From NCBI GenBank assembly GCA_030141605.1, contig JAQGDQ010000081.1, positions 248,001-312,000 of the forward strand: a stretch of 64,000 nt of DNA, written 5' to 3'. Source of the DNA: Tubiluchus corallicola (taxonomy: Eukaryota; Animalia; Priapulida). The notes below the pieces were generated by a model, which was not told where the DNA came from, made no database searches, and worked only from the letters and a program-made list of their open reading frames with translations. Both the position numbers and the translations under genes were made by a program. Shown piece after piece: positions 26,118-37,750 of this stretch (its first letter is position 1; each line of letters opens with the position of its first letter).

Positions 26118-27407
26118 ATGGCAGTTTCATTTCGAAAATGTTGCGGATGTTTTTGTTCTTTTATTCGATCGGGTGTTGCCGGTCTTCAGACAAAATCATG
26201 CAAAAGATTAATGTCATCTCGAAGAGTACTTGATTCTTTTTCGACAACAACTCGGAGCTTTACAGCAAGGTCAAAAACCTGTGCTGTACTTGGCTGTGGT
26301 GTTCTAGGATATTTTGCTTACAACAGTTATAAAAACTACAAATTGTCAAGCTTTTTTCCCATACTTAAAGCAGCTCAAGTGTATGATGAAGGAGATAGCT
26401 TTGGTGAGCCTCCTCGATCAGCTCGATTAAATTTCATAGCAGATATTGTGGACATTGCTGCACCAGCTGTTGTTTATATAGAAATTCGCGGCCGACATCC
26501 TTTTACTGGGCAAGAAGTTACACTTTCAAATGGTTCTGGGTTTATTGTTCGCAGTGATGGCCTTATTCTGACAAATGCTCACGTTGTTGCCAATAAACGC
26601 GAGGTTGCAGTAAAGTTGCGCGATGGTCGTGTTTTCACTGGCTTGGTACAGTACCTTGATCCAGTTGCAGACTTAGCTACAGTAAAGGTAAATGGTCATA
26701 ACTTGCCCATCATAAAGCTAGGGTCATCGTCTACAGTGCGGCCAGGAGAATGGGTTGTTGCAATGGGTAGTCCATTAAATTTGAGTAACACCATAACAGC
26801 GGGAATTGTCAGCTCTGCTTCTAGAGGAAGTGATGAACTTGGTCTTCATGGAAAAGGGATGAACTACATCCAGACAGATGCTGCTATAACATTTGGTAAC
26901 TCAGGTGGACCCTTGGTCAATCTTAATGGCGAAGTTATTGGCATCAATAACATGAAAGTCACAGCTGGGATATCGTTTGCTATACCCATTGATTATGCAA
27001 AGCAGTTCCTGGACAGAGTTGAGAAACATGAAGAGAAGCAGAAAAAGGAAAGTACCGGTTGGTTTGGCAGATCTGCTCCGGTTAAAAAACCATTGTCTGG
27101 TCGCAGGTACATGGGTATCACCATGCTCACGTTATCTCCAAATATAATAAGTGAACTGCGGCTTCGAGATCGCAATTTTCCAGATGTGAAAGGGGGTGTT
27201 CTAGTTCATAGGTTGGTTATTGGTTCTCCTGCTCATCATGGTGGGCTACAAGTGGGAGACATTGTTGTCATGATTAATGGCATTGAGATACAGTCTGCTC
27301 GTGATATTTATAGAGTTTTAGAAACTGGTGATGATCTGACAATGACTGTTTTGCGAGATGGTAAAAAATTTATGTTGAATGTGGCTCCAGAAGATGTTGA
27401 GAGTTGA
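26118..27407 (+). CDS. HTRA2: Mitochondrial serine protease HtrA2/Omi, single coding exon, 429 aa
   Basis: Arg/Ser-rich presequence, hydrophobic segment, NFIAD trimerisation motif, catalytic triad TNAHVV / DLA / GNSGGP, and a C-terminal PDZ domain (YMGITM...GDIVVMING). Confidence 0.95.
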   Translation: MAVSFRKCCGCFCSFIRSGVAGLQTKSCKRLMSSRRVLDSFSTTTRSFTARSKTCAVLGCGVLGYFAYNSYKNYKLSSFFPILKAAQVYDEGDSFGEPPRSARLNFIADIVDIAAPAVVYIEIRGRHPFTGQEVTLSNGSGFIVRSDGLILTNAHVVANKREVAVKLRDGRVFTGLVQYLDPVADLATVKVNGHNLPIIKLGSSSTVRPGEWVVAMGSPLNLSNTITAGIVSSASRGSDELGLHGKGMNYIQTDAAITFGNSGGPLVNLNGEVIGINNMKVTAGISFAIPIDYAKQFLDRVEKHEEKQKKESTGWFGRSAPVKKPLSGRRYMGITMLTLSPNIISELRLRDRNFPDVKGGVLVHRLVIGSPAHHGGLQVGDIVVMINGIEIQSARDIYRVLETGDDLTMTVLRDGKKFMLNVAPEDVES

Positions 27408-28624
27408 TCTTCTGTGAATTTATAGCCGAAGTGCCATTGTGCTAACTGGTTAGCAGTTGCTTTGAACCTAATAGATGGAATGGACAGGTAAAGATTGATA
27501 GTTAATTGTGGGCAATCTGTAATGAAAAACAACTTGCTTAAATTATAAGAATTGGCTGTATCATACATGGTATAAAATTTGAGTTTATATATGCTTGGTA
27601 TGTAAATGAAAATGTTGCTGTAAGAGGCCAACCTGCATAGGTAAACCTTAAATACATTTAAGTGACAACACATGTATAGATACTTTGATTTTAGATGAGT
27701 TTTGTACTTGCTGATTTTATACTTGTGACATAATGACAGTTGTATCTAAGTTCCGACAATAATGGTAGATTAGAGTAAACGCATTACCTAAACATTGTAG
27801 TAATATTTTGCTGTAATCTTATTGTCCAATTAATATTTATGAAGTTTTGGAAAAAGCATTGTCAAAACACAAAAATCACTATAACAAGACTGTAATAAGC
27901 TTTCTGATTTTTTTTATAAATTAACATGCAAAATAAAGAAATATTTATTTTTATTTTTGTGGTTTCACCATCGGGAATGTGGGATTTGCTAGTTGAATTT
28001 TCCTTGAGTAGTACAACCTCACTGTTAGTAATTCTGTGTCTTCAAAACTATGGTTGCTACCTACAGTTATGGTTGCCACTTAAGAAGTAGCATGATACTG
28101 CGAACATACACTGTAACCGTCACTGTTTTTACAGAAAGCTGGGGTTATCACTTGTAGCATAGCACTTTCTCATTATCTGGTTTCCATTTTTCTCAAACAG
28201 AATTTGTGCTTGTTCTTATCGTTGTGCTAAGTTACTGACCTATCACTTTTGCTTAGTTTATGTCATTCAAAAATTCGGTAGAGTTTTGTTGTTATTGTCA
28301 CAAAAATTTGTTGCCCTTGTGCAATGCAACATGCTCTGCAGCAGCATGTTGTTAAATTGTTAATTGATTATCTGAAAGAAATGTAACGATGCCATTTGTA
28401 GGTTTTATGTTTGTGAAAATGTACCATCATACTATGAGTTATGGGTGTGATTAATGCTTTACGATTAGTACTGGTATTGGTAAATATTATTTAATTTTTT
28501 TATTATTGAGCTAACAAACAATACTAACTTGGTTTTAATTTAATTCAGGGATTTCTGGTAACACATCAAATTTATAATTGTTTATTATTGTATTTACGTT
28601 CTATATGTAGGTCATTATAATTAA

Positions 28625-29018
28625 GGGGGAGTATTCTCTAAAGAATCGATTTTGTGACTTTCCAATCCAAATTCAATCAAATTTGTCTTTCGAACACGAA
28701 CTAAACCGAATTTTTAATTTGAATTCAGTTTTAAAGATTTTTGAAAGTTTTTGAATCATTAATAAGAAGCAGTCACAGATCATGCATATTAAGTGATTTT
28801 ATTCTGTAGTAAAAGCATAACGATTTGTTTAAAAATTGGGCAGAGAAATCACATCTAAACTGCACTGATTGCATGATGTTTCAAACATTTTTCAAGAATA
28901 TTAATATATATATAAAGTGCTAAATTATTCGAATTCATGATTTTGGGTTCGAATTGAATTCGAACTAAAAAACTTGTTGAAATTCCATTCAAACTCGAAT
29001 GTTCGATGCTCACCCCTA
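28625..29018. mobile_element. MITE with TTCGAA-rich subterminal repeats and TAGGGG-type terminus
   Basis: Right end TTCGAATTGAATTCGAA...GTTCGATGCTCACCCCTA, degenerate left end AGGGGGAG, second copy at 24090-24320. Confidence 0.6.
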
Positions 29019-29737
29019 ATAATAGACATTGTGCTGACAACTGTCCATTACGGATGATTTATGAAGAAATTACACTTCAGAGGAAGACACAGAAAGTATG
29101 CATTGTTTGCTTTGACGTTCTATTTTAGACACATTTTTAATTTGTACTTGTTGATAACTGTGTTTTGTATAAATTAAAAAGTTTAAAATAGGTGGTATTA
29201 TCACGTTCTAATTTTTATTTAATTAATTTTATCTTATTAGTAGTTTTCTTTCACTTTGCAATTTAATAACTTGCACAAAGCTTTTGTTCATAAATTTGGT
29301 ACCGTTCTGTCTCGTAATTTTTTTTTGTTGACAAGGATACATGCTGTTATAGTACTGTCTGTCCAGGATGAGGTTTAGAAATTTAATCATAGTTTATAGC
29401 TGTCTATTATTGTGTCTGCTATGTAGCAATAGAAGTAAAAAATTTATTTATTGTTGGAATTTTACAAAGGGCAATATTAGCCAATGGCTGTTTTCCGACA
29501 GGTTAAAGAAGATAAAATAAAAAATTCTAAAACAATGCTCGCAATGTAAGCAATCCAGAGCACATTTTACTGAAATCTACAGGGCTGCCACATGTGGGCA
29601 GTAGCGCACGTTTTGTTAGAAATGTAAGTAAATGTGTTGAGTTTGGGTATGTACACATCAAATATATTCCTGACACAAGTTGGCTGCATCAGAAATTGTT
29701 TTACTTCACTTTTAACCATTGGGCAAGTTGGGCTAAA

Positions 29738-29831
29738 GTTTACAATCCCCACACACAAGAAATTAGTTAGTGAAGCGCATTAGGATTAAAGTTAGGGTTA
29801 GGGTATTTAAACTGTATGGGGAATTGTAAAC
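29738..29831. repeat. Imperfect inverted repeat enclosing GTTAGGGTTAGGG (small non-autonomous element)
   Basis: GTTTACAATCCCCACACA ... TGTATGGGGAATTGTAAAC. Confidence 0.5.
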
Positions 29832-31299
29832 TCCTTCCAATTATTAGTTTACAGAGTAGGTACGACATTGACAATATTAAAAATTAATATACAATATAGT
29901 CACAATATTAAGAAGTACAAGTATTAGGAATTTTGTAGGTGATTCGATGAGTTAAATAGCAAATATACGACATGTTGTGTAGCACTGACATTCACAACGA
30001 CTAGATGAGAAGCTCATAAGTGTAGCTGGGTGCGCACCTAAATATCTGACATTAGTGACTCATTTGCTAATGTCAAAGGCTTCTCGACCGAACATGGTTT
30101 TCATAGATATCAGGTACCTCGTATTGGTTATAGGATTAGCGGATGACAGGTCAAGATTACGTAATGCCTTTTACATGAAAAACTATCGCCGATGTTCTTT
30201 TTTATTGAGGCTTATTTTGACAATTTTCTGGCGACCCGAGGGCAGAGCTTAAATCTTTTATTGGCTGATAACTAGCAAGATGTTTGCTTGTTTAGTTTTC
30301 TGCGGGAAGAAAAGCTATATGTGTTTGTATATAGCAGTAAGGCAAAAATCATGTATTTTCACACAACACTTTTACAAATTTTTTTATGTACAACAATACT
30401 GTGAGTAGGCATACAATGAACATATTGTACATTTTTTTGCTGTTTTGGAATACTAAATGCGTCAGGTTCACATCTGCTTATATATAAGTGTAAATGCGTT
30501 GCGGGACAATAAAAAAGCAGAAAACCAGTGCTTGTTAGATTATCCAAGCAATAACGAATGTTTCGATCCTTGAAATGTATTTTCAGTACCAAGACCTTCC
30601 AATATTTAATGGGAAAATTATAGAGAATTTAAAGAAATAAGAAAGACTTTTTAATAAAGATACTGGTATATCTAGAGCAACTTTTTAACTGAGTGGCCCT
30701 GCGTAAATCATTTTTTACGTACTGGAACGACACGTAGAATAAAAAAATATTTAATTAATCGCTTATTAGGCGCCCATTTAACTAGTAAGGCCAAACCTGA
30801 ATTGCGGCAACGCAAGTGAAAGTGAAATCATATGCATTGAAATAACATGAATTAGGACCTATCCAACCCATTATGTTGTTTGACACTGGTAGCCTTAACT
30901 ATATTGACCTTACTCATCATGTGATCATGCTAATTTTTTTCCTAACAGATGACACTGAGGACAAAGAAGCGTTTTACAAAGCGCTTTGAGATTAAAGTAA
31001 GCTCGAGGGTGTGATGAATGTTTGCTCATCATAAACAATAATCTTCATAGCTTTGCGTTGAGGATTTAATTACTTTTATCTAATAATGCCAGAAGGAAAG
31101 TTAGCAATGCATTTACATGTACTAATTCTTTTCTTTGTGTTTGTGTGACTCTAAAGAGGTTTTAATGACGAGTCGCACGTGTTGGAGATACGGAACGGTT
31201 CGCAAAGGATTTTAATGTTATTATGGAGTCACTTTTATTAGCTTGTGATTTTTATATCAGGCAGACGGAAAAAGATAAAGTGACAATTTAAGATAACAC

Positions 31300-31420
31300 T
31301 GAAAAGAGAGGAGGAAGAAAAGAGAAACGGAAGATGAGGATAAGAAGAAAGAAAGAAAAGTAACTACTCTGAGTGAATTTGCGAGAGAGAGAGCGAGAGA
31401 TGATGATGATGATGATATAC
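31300..31420. repeat. GA-rich, (GA)n and (GAT)n simple repeats
   Basis: Visible low-complexity runs. Confidence 0.8.
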
Positions 31421-31925
31421 ATTACATTAATGATACAATGTTAGATATATCTATAGCTAATATGATGTTTCTAAGAGCGTCAAAAATTATAACCAGAAAA
31501 TACATTTACCGCTACACAATATGCCAGATCGCTAATTAACATAGAACTGATAATCAAAATGATTATGTAGAATTTGGATCTGTGCGCGCACATCCACGTC
31601 TAGTTTGTAGTAAAAGCTGCATCACTGAACAGTAAAGAACAAAATTTTATAGATCAATTAACAGCTAAACATAAAATTATTTGAAAATTGAAGACAGTAG
31701 GAGATTTTGACGATTGTGCTATAATTAATTTGTCGTGTTGTGCAAAACGAAAAGAAATTGCACATAAGACTTGACAATTATACGTGCTCGTCTATACACC
31801 AAGGATAATAACTAAATAGAACTCTTCAGAATTAGTTGCAATTATTACTCGATCATTACCAACTAAAGGTATTTTGTTTTAGATATAGAAAAACAATTAA
31901 ATTCTCATGTTTGTGAATCAGGAAC

Positions 31926-31951
31926 AATAATAATAATAATAATAATAATAA
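31926..31951. repeat. (AAT)n microsatellite
   Basis: Perfect run of about 8 units. Confidence 0.9.
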
Positions 31952-32562
31952 CAAGTATTAATATTTCAAGTGTCCTTTTGCTAGTGAAAATTAGCAAACA
32001 GTAACGTCTAATTAAATTCGAAATAAAAAGTTTCACCAAAATTAACGATTAGTTTAACTATAATGAATAGACTGCTAGAGCATTTAAAAGAGAGCTATTG
32101 CTATATGACTTATTATTCATCGTTATACAGTTACCTATAAGCATCAATGCAGTCACAGACTCACATAGATGAACTTCAAAAATTGATAAAAACAAAATTA
32201 TGGGTCTTAACGGAGGTATCACAACTACACACACAAGATTATTACTTCATCATATAGTTAAATACAGAGACATGTTAAAAAATTATCTACCAGGTAAATC
32301 AATTATCTACGGAATTACAAATCATTCACTGCAAAATTTAATACTTTAATTTGCATCTTGTTGCTTTGAGTGTAAACGATTCTAACCTGTTCGAAGTATC
32401 AGTTAGTCATTATGTTCGTACAAAATTTAAAACCTGTCGTCTCTGGGTGCAGTGAGACAGTGGCAGATTGCAGCCTTAAACGACCAGGTCGTTGAGAATG
32501 ACTGTCAGAGGATCGGGTTTATCTGCCTGGAGATTTTTCTATGTAAACACAAATTACTCAAC

Positions 32563-33444
32563 ATGGCGTTAAACACAGCTCATAATGTTGGTGGCGTAGT
32601 TATTTATTACGGTGAACGAATATTGTTGTACTGCGATGCTGTCGAATTTAAGCTGGATTCTCACAGTAATGTGGCACACTTTAAAGGAACACATAAAGGG
32701 AGATTATATCTCACTTCACACAGAGTTATTTTTACTAGTAACAACGTGAAAGATATGCTGCAGTCGTTCAGTATGCCATTCATGTGTTTGAAAGACCTCG
32801 AATTAGAGCAACCGGTCTTTGGAGCTAATTTTATAAAGGGACGATGTTTGGCGCAACCTGGTGGAAATTGGGAAGGTGACGCAAAATTCAAGTTGCATTT
32901 TATGCATGGGGGAGCAATAGAATACGGCCAGGCTTTGTTGCGAGCAGCTACAAGGGCTAGCCGATTAGTTCAGAATCAGCAGCCACCACCATATGTTTCT
33001 CCTCCGCCAACATTCCAGCCTGCTGCTCCACCAATGTATGCACCTCCACCACAGGGCTATGGGTTTCAACTCCCCAAAGAAACGTTTCCTTCTGCACCAC
33101 CAACTGACGGAGTTTTTATGTACGATGCACCTCCGCCATATCCTGGCATTGATGGTGATGTACCTGGAGCACAAATGGGCTCATCAGCAAAGGCACAAGA
33201 GGCAGCGCAGAGTTCAGCATATTATAATCCTGCAGATCCCCACAATGTTTACATGCCTCAAGCCGCTCCTTATCCACAACAGAATGGATATTATCCTCCA
33301 CCGGGATATTCTCCTTACCAGTCACAGGGAGCAGCAGGAGGCATGCCACAACAATACGGTTACTCGCAGCAGCAACCGCCATATCCGACAGCACCACCAC
33401 AGTACTATCCTGCACAGGGACAAGGAGACAAGAAAAGCCAATAA
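32563..33444 (+). CDS. WBP2: WW domain-binding protein 2 (GRAM domain plus PPxY-rich tail), single coding exon, 293 aa
   Basis: MALNTAH start in good Kozak context (AACATGG); FKGTHKGRLYLTSHRVIF, EQPVFGANFIKG, GGAIEYGQA; PPPY, PPMY, PPPY, PPGY and PPQY motifs; C-terminal DKKSQ. Confidence 0.95.
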   Translation: MALNTAHNVGGVVIYYGERILLYCDAVEFKLDSHSNVAHFKGTHKGRLYLTSHRVIFTSNNVKDMLQSFSMPFMCLKDLELEQPVFGANFIKGRCLAQPGGNWEGDAKFKLHFMHGGAIEYGQALLRAATRASRLVQNQQPPPYVSPPPTFQPAAPPMYAPPPQGYGFQLPKETFPSAPPTDGVFMYDAPPPYPGIDGDVPGAQMGSSAKAQEAAQSSAYYNPADPHNVYMPQAAPYPQQNGYYPPPGYSPYQSQGAAGGMPQQYGYSQQQPPYPTAPPQYYPAQGQGDKKSQ

Positions 33445-35959
33445 AACTGACAAATTTAAAAATAAAATGGGGTACCGACAGCTACAGTGACGTAAATTAT
33501 TTATGTTAGGATGGTACTTCTACTTTCAAAGCTGTTCTGTTTTAAAATAGATTTTTGCATAAGTTAGTACGATTGATATTTTAAAGTTGTGCGACCTGTA
33601 AGGAATAAAGCAGTTCTGTATGTTTATTATTTTGTTACCTGTTGTGTGGACCATAATCAACAAGTCTAATGCATTGCAAACTTCAAGCTTGCACAAAATT
33701 TTAGTGATAGACAATTTACACAAAACTCTACTGATACATAAACACTTGTTAAATCGGCAGTTAGAAAATATTTACCATGTTGATTACTAACTTATTATAC
33801 ACGTGTAACTGCAGTATTTTCCTAGATGCTGTCAACATCACATGACGTTGGACAATTGCACCTGGCACATTTTTCATGGTATTACTGCTGAATGAGAGCA
33901 GTATTTTTTATTTATAGTTCAAAAGCATTATATACATGCATTAACAGTATATACACATCATATTGAGTAGTAGTAGGAGCAGAACATACCAGTGACTATG
34001 AATTGTGGTTCTACGTGTTAAGTTCATTTTGCAAATTGTGAAAGGCTTATATAACCGCAACAGACATTATTGTTATTTTTAGCACGTTATTATGATCATA
34101 GAAATAATTCATAGTTATTATTAAACAGATGAAATGTATAAATTAAGTAATTCACCCTCTTCTGATAAATTTTGAATGCATGCGTTACTGTAAAGATCAT
34201 CATGTTTGTGCGAGTGAGCGAGAATAATATACAAATACAGTAAGCGTCTTTGGTTACTGAGGGTTTTTTTACCGATCTTTAGTCACCTCGTGACTGTACT
34301 TATATTGTGATGAGTGCCGTGCAATGAAAAATGACAGTTCTTCAAATGTATTACCACTAACAATGAAGTGATAGAAAACCAAAAGAAACAAGTTTTATAG
34401 TAAGTTTATAGTAAAATAAACTAAATATTCGTAATGAGAGTAGGATTCTAAGTTGTAAAAGTTTATATATTATAGTGAGGGTTTAGTATGACTTTACATA
34501 CAAATGTCATGTAATATTAAATTAATCTGCTCTATTAATCATTTCTAGATCTGTAAGCATAATTGAAAGCATGATTAAATTTAGAGGCTTTTAAGTATCA
34601 AAACTAACATGGCCCAGGAACCAAGAGAAATTTGAGGATTGCATCTGCAGTTTTGTGCTATAAGCTATTTGATTGCTTTTCTTCTTGCTGCTGTTGTTGT
34701 GTTGTATATATGATTAAATAGATAATAAGGTTACTTGGAAAAGTTAGATTTAAAGGTCAAAGAGTAGTTTGCATGAGTGTGAGGTATAGAAATGACTGTA
34801 ATCACAAGCACGCTCTTGGTTAATAGCTTTATTAGTTTCAGCTGCACTGGCAATATTCAGATTTTTAGCTAAATTTCTTATTAGTTATAAGACAGTCTAC
34901 AACTTAGCAAGTGCTGTATTTGTGACATACACTACATCTTAAGAGTATGACAATCCAAGACTCATTATATGTGATTGTTGATTGTAATTTCATGTTAAAA
35001 TTAATTAAATTAAATTATAATGCTCTGTTTATTTATTTGATTTTTACTGATTTAAAGATACTGCCTAGGCACTAATTCTGGCATTTCTCAGCATTTGTAT
35101 TGCTGTTATATTTTAACGTTTCTAAACTAAAGCAGACTAAACTCATTTTCTAAATTTATGTTTTTTACATTACACTGTTATTCACTACTAGTTAATCTTA
35201 ATGTAATATCTTAACTATGTGGCAAACTTATCATTTTAATTAGCATTGTATTAAGAATGAACAAGTCTGTTGTTAGTGCATAAGAAAACTATAATATGTA
35301 TGTTATATTGTATTTAAATTTTTATCCCGATAAAATATTATTACAAAATTATTTTCATTTGAGTTTGTTAGACAGATGTGACTTGCATTTATCTAATTTG
35401 AGAGTAAAAGAGGGAGGAATGGCAAGATAAGATATGGTGGGATAGAACTAGACCAGAAAAAAAGAGTTTTTTTGAAATTCAAAAGTGTGATGTTGGGGAA
35501 ATTACACTGTATTTTTGTAGCACATATATAAACTTGAGCTTTAAATTCTTCAAAATAACAAAAATAGCAAAGTCTGTTTTCTGTTTTTGCAAGGTGATGT
35601 ACATCACTTAATGAAGAGCTGTTAAAGTGTTCATATCAGTGGCCGGATTATAACCTGATTCATTATTAAGGATGTAGTTTTCTTGGGTGAGATAGTAAGC
35701 CATCAGTAGTGATGTCTTGCCAATTTTGAATGCGTATATATCTTCCCTCAAAGAGGCGAATAGTGAGAGCACACTGGCAGGTGATACCACTGTGAATCAA
35801 TTTGCATCATATATCTACCAACTCACTAGCTAAATTTAGTGATACTTAACTTTGAAGCGGAATCACAGCTACTCTGCAAAACAGGGCTGCGAGAATATTT
35901 AGATTACCCCTAAAAGTTGGATTAACTGTTAAGACTTGCACTATATATTGTTTTTGCAC

Positions 35960-36243
35960 TATTGGATAGTGGACACACAGTCCAAGCAATACAGCAAGCA
36001 TTCAACTGCAGGGTATGTGATGTTTGTGGTGTGGCAAGAACTTCGCTCACCATCAAGGATACCCTTCTAAGATGAGCCACTGAACCTACGGAGGTGTCTC
36101 AGTCACGTTTGTATAGCCTCTGCAAGGTAAACAGCTAGAATCAGCTTAACAAATGAAACCACCCAAACTGAGTATTGAACCAAGGCAGTCAATATTCTTA
36201 CGAAGAACAAGTGTCCAGTATCCACTCTGACATGAACCACGAA
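35960..36243 (-). mobile_element. Degenerate tRNA-derived SINE
   Basis: Minus strand has ...GTCAGAGTGG (A-box-like) and GGTTCAATAC (B-box-like); the body loosely resembles 15740-15960. Confidence 0.35.
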
Positions 36244-36599
36244 ATATCATAACAAAATGAACAGCTTTTATTAACTTAAGTTAGTAATTAACAAGACTAG
36301 AACAATACTGTGTTTGAATTTCCCAATATGTGCAGTGAATTCTGATTTCATGAATTGTCTTCTAACTGCGTTGGATGGGCAAGTCTAAAATTCTAGGGTG
36401 CAGTAGGAAGGTGAAACTGTGAGTCCAGAAAAATTCAATTCCTAGCACTTGCTTTGATAATGACAGGCCGTACCTGGCAATGTTGCTCTTTAAGCAAGTA
36501 AGGTTGTACTTAACAGGGAAACAATTGGTAATTCCACAGTTACGAGATCCTGGTGAAAATCGTAAATCTTATTGATATAAGTTTTGTAGGTAGGACAAG

Positions 36600-36750
36600 C
36601 CTTATGCTTGGATAAGTAGTAGACTCCACAAAAACAAAACGAAATGGAAAGTCTCAAAATTTTTGCGGCTCTGCCGGGCCTCGAACCCAAATTCTTTTGT
36701 TTGCCGATTTTACAGAACTTAACAATGTAAGAACACGGTGAGTAACTGGT
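36600..36750 (-). mobile_element. Degenerate tRNA-derived SINE head
   Basis: Minus strand GGGTTCGAGGCCCGGCAGAGCCGC resembles a T-arm/B-box plus acceptor 3' strand; the 5' half is decayed. Confidence 0.35.
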
Positions 36751-37469
36751 ACTACATACTTCAAAAACCAAGAATAAATATTACACTTGTTTCTTTGATG
36801 AACTGCATAGATCTGTTATAAAGTATTTGTAGCGCGTTAGTAGCTTTTTATTGCACTGTGAAGAGCGTGATCACATTTTTCTGAATCGTGTATTTAAAAA
36901 ATGAACCAGAAGGCATTTATGATTGCGTTTCTTTTCATTGCGAACAAATCAATAATTTTGAACTGACTAAGGATGACCAGGTCATTGATTAACTATTTCA
37001 TAATCTACTTTGGTGTTTGTCGTCAGTGGTGTCAGAGCATCAATCTGTAATCTTGATAAACAGATTAGATTAGCGATTTTTTGTGCAAATTAGTTTCATT
37101 ATATTGATCGCTACATTCATTCTCTACTGAGTTCAAGTTAGAACTATCATGCTAAAAATACTGGCAACAATCGCTAACCATGGAAAGGCCCGATCTAGTA
37201 TAAACTATAATTTAATTATCTTGTCAGTTCTTGTTACTACGTTACTATAAGACTGTTTTTATACGGGATGGGTCGCATGGAACCAGAACCCATTCAAAAT
37301 TTATTTAAGAGCCTGTAGCCTACATTTCACTGCACTCCTGGGATCGAAATAGATGATCTATTGACATCCATATCCGTCTATTGACATGGAAAGCTTGTCC
37401 GAGGAAAATTGGATTTATAAGCAGCTACTTTGTATTTAGGAATCTCTAGTAGTATAAGAAGCAGCAAAA

Positions 37470-37750
37470 ATCTCCGCCCCAATTTGCATATCTTGAGTTC
37501 AGAAATTAATTTTCATAAGCGGGGAAAACGGTAGCAATTCAAATGAAGAACGGTTTTTATTATTCTGGTTTAACACGAGTTTGCAGGCTAATATTCACAA
37601 CTGAAATCATACAATAAGGTCAGGGAAGACCTTATAATTCCTATGAAATTTTATCGCCATTTCCATGCGCGTTGATTGTTACGAAGCACGCTGACTTGGT
37701 TGCTTAGTCGTTCAATAGCGCCCCCTCGATAAATCAAGATGGCGTGAAAA
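37470..37750 (+). promoter_or_regulatory. Orphan housekeeping-type promoter motif cluster
   Basis: GC box CCGCCC (37474), octamer ATTTGCAT (37482), GCGCCCCCT (37718) and YY1 CAAGATGGCG (37735), with local CpG enrichment. Confidence 0.45.

Noticed and set aside
29791-29803. Telomeric repeat
   Set aside because: Only two TTAGGG units, located inside a small inverted-repeat element.
32661-33490. Overlapping or antisense ORFs over WBP2 (and similar ones over tubulin and HTRA2)
   Set aside because: Shadow frames produced by the codon composition of the real gene.
36655-36745. Functional tRNA gene
   Set aside because: Only the T-arm/B-box half is recognisable; no D-arm or anticodon stem.
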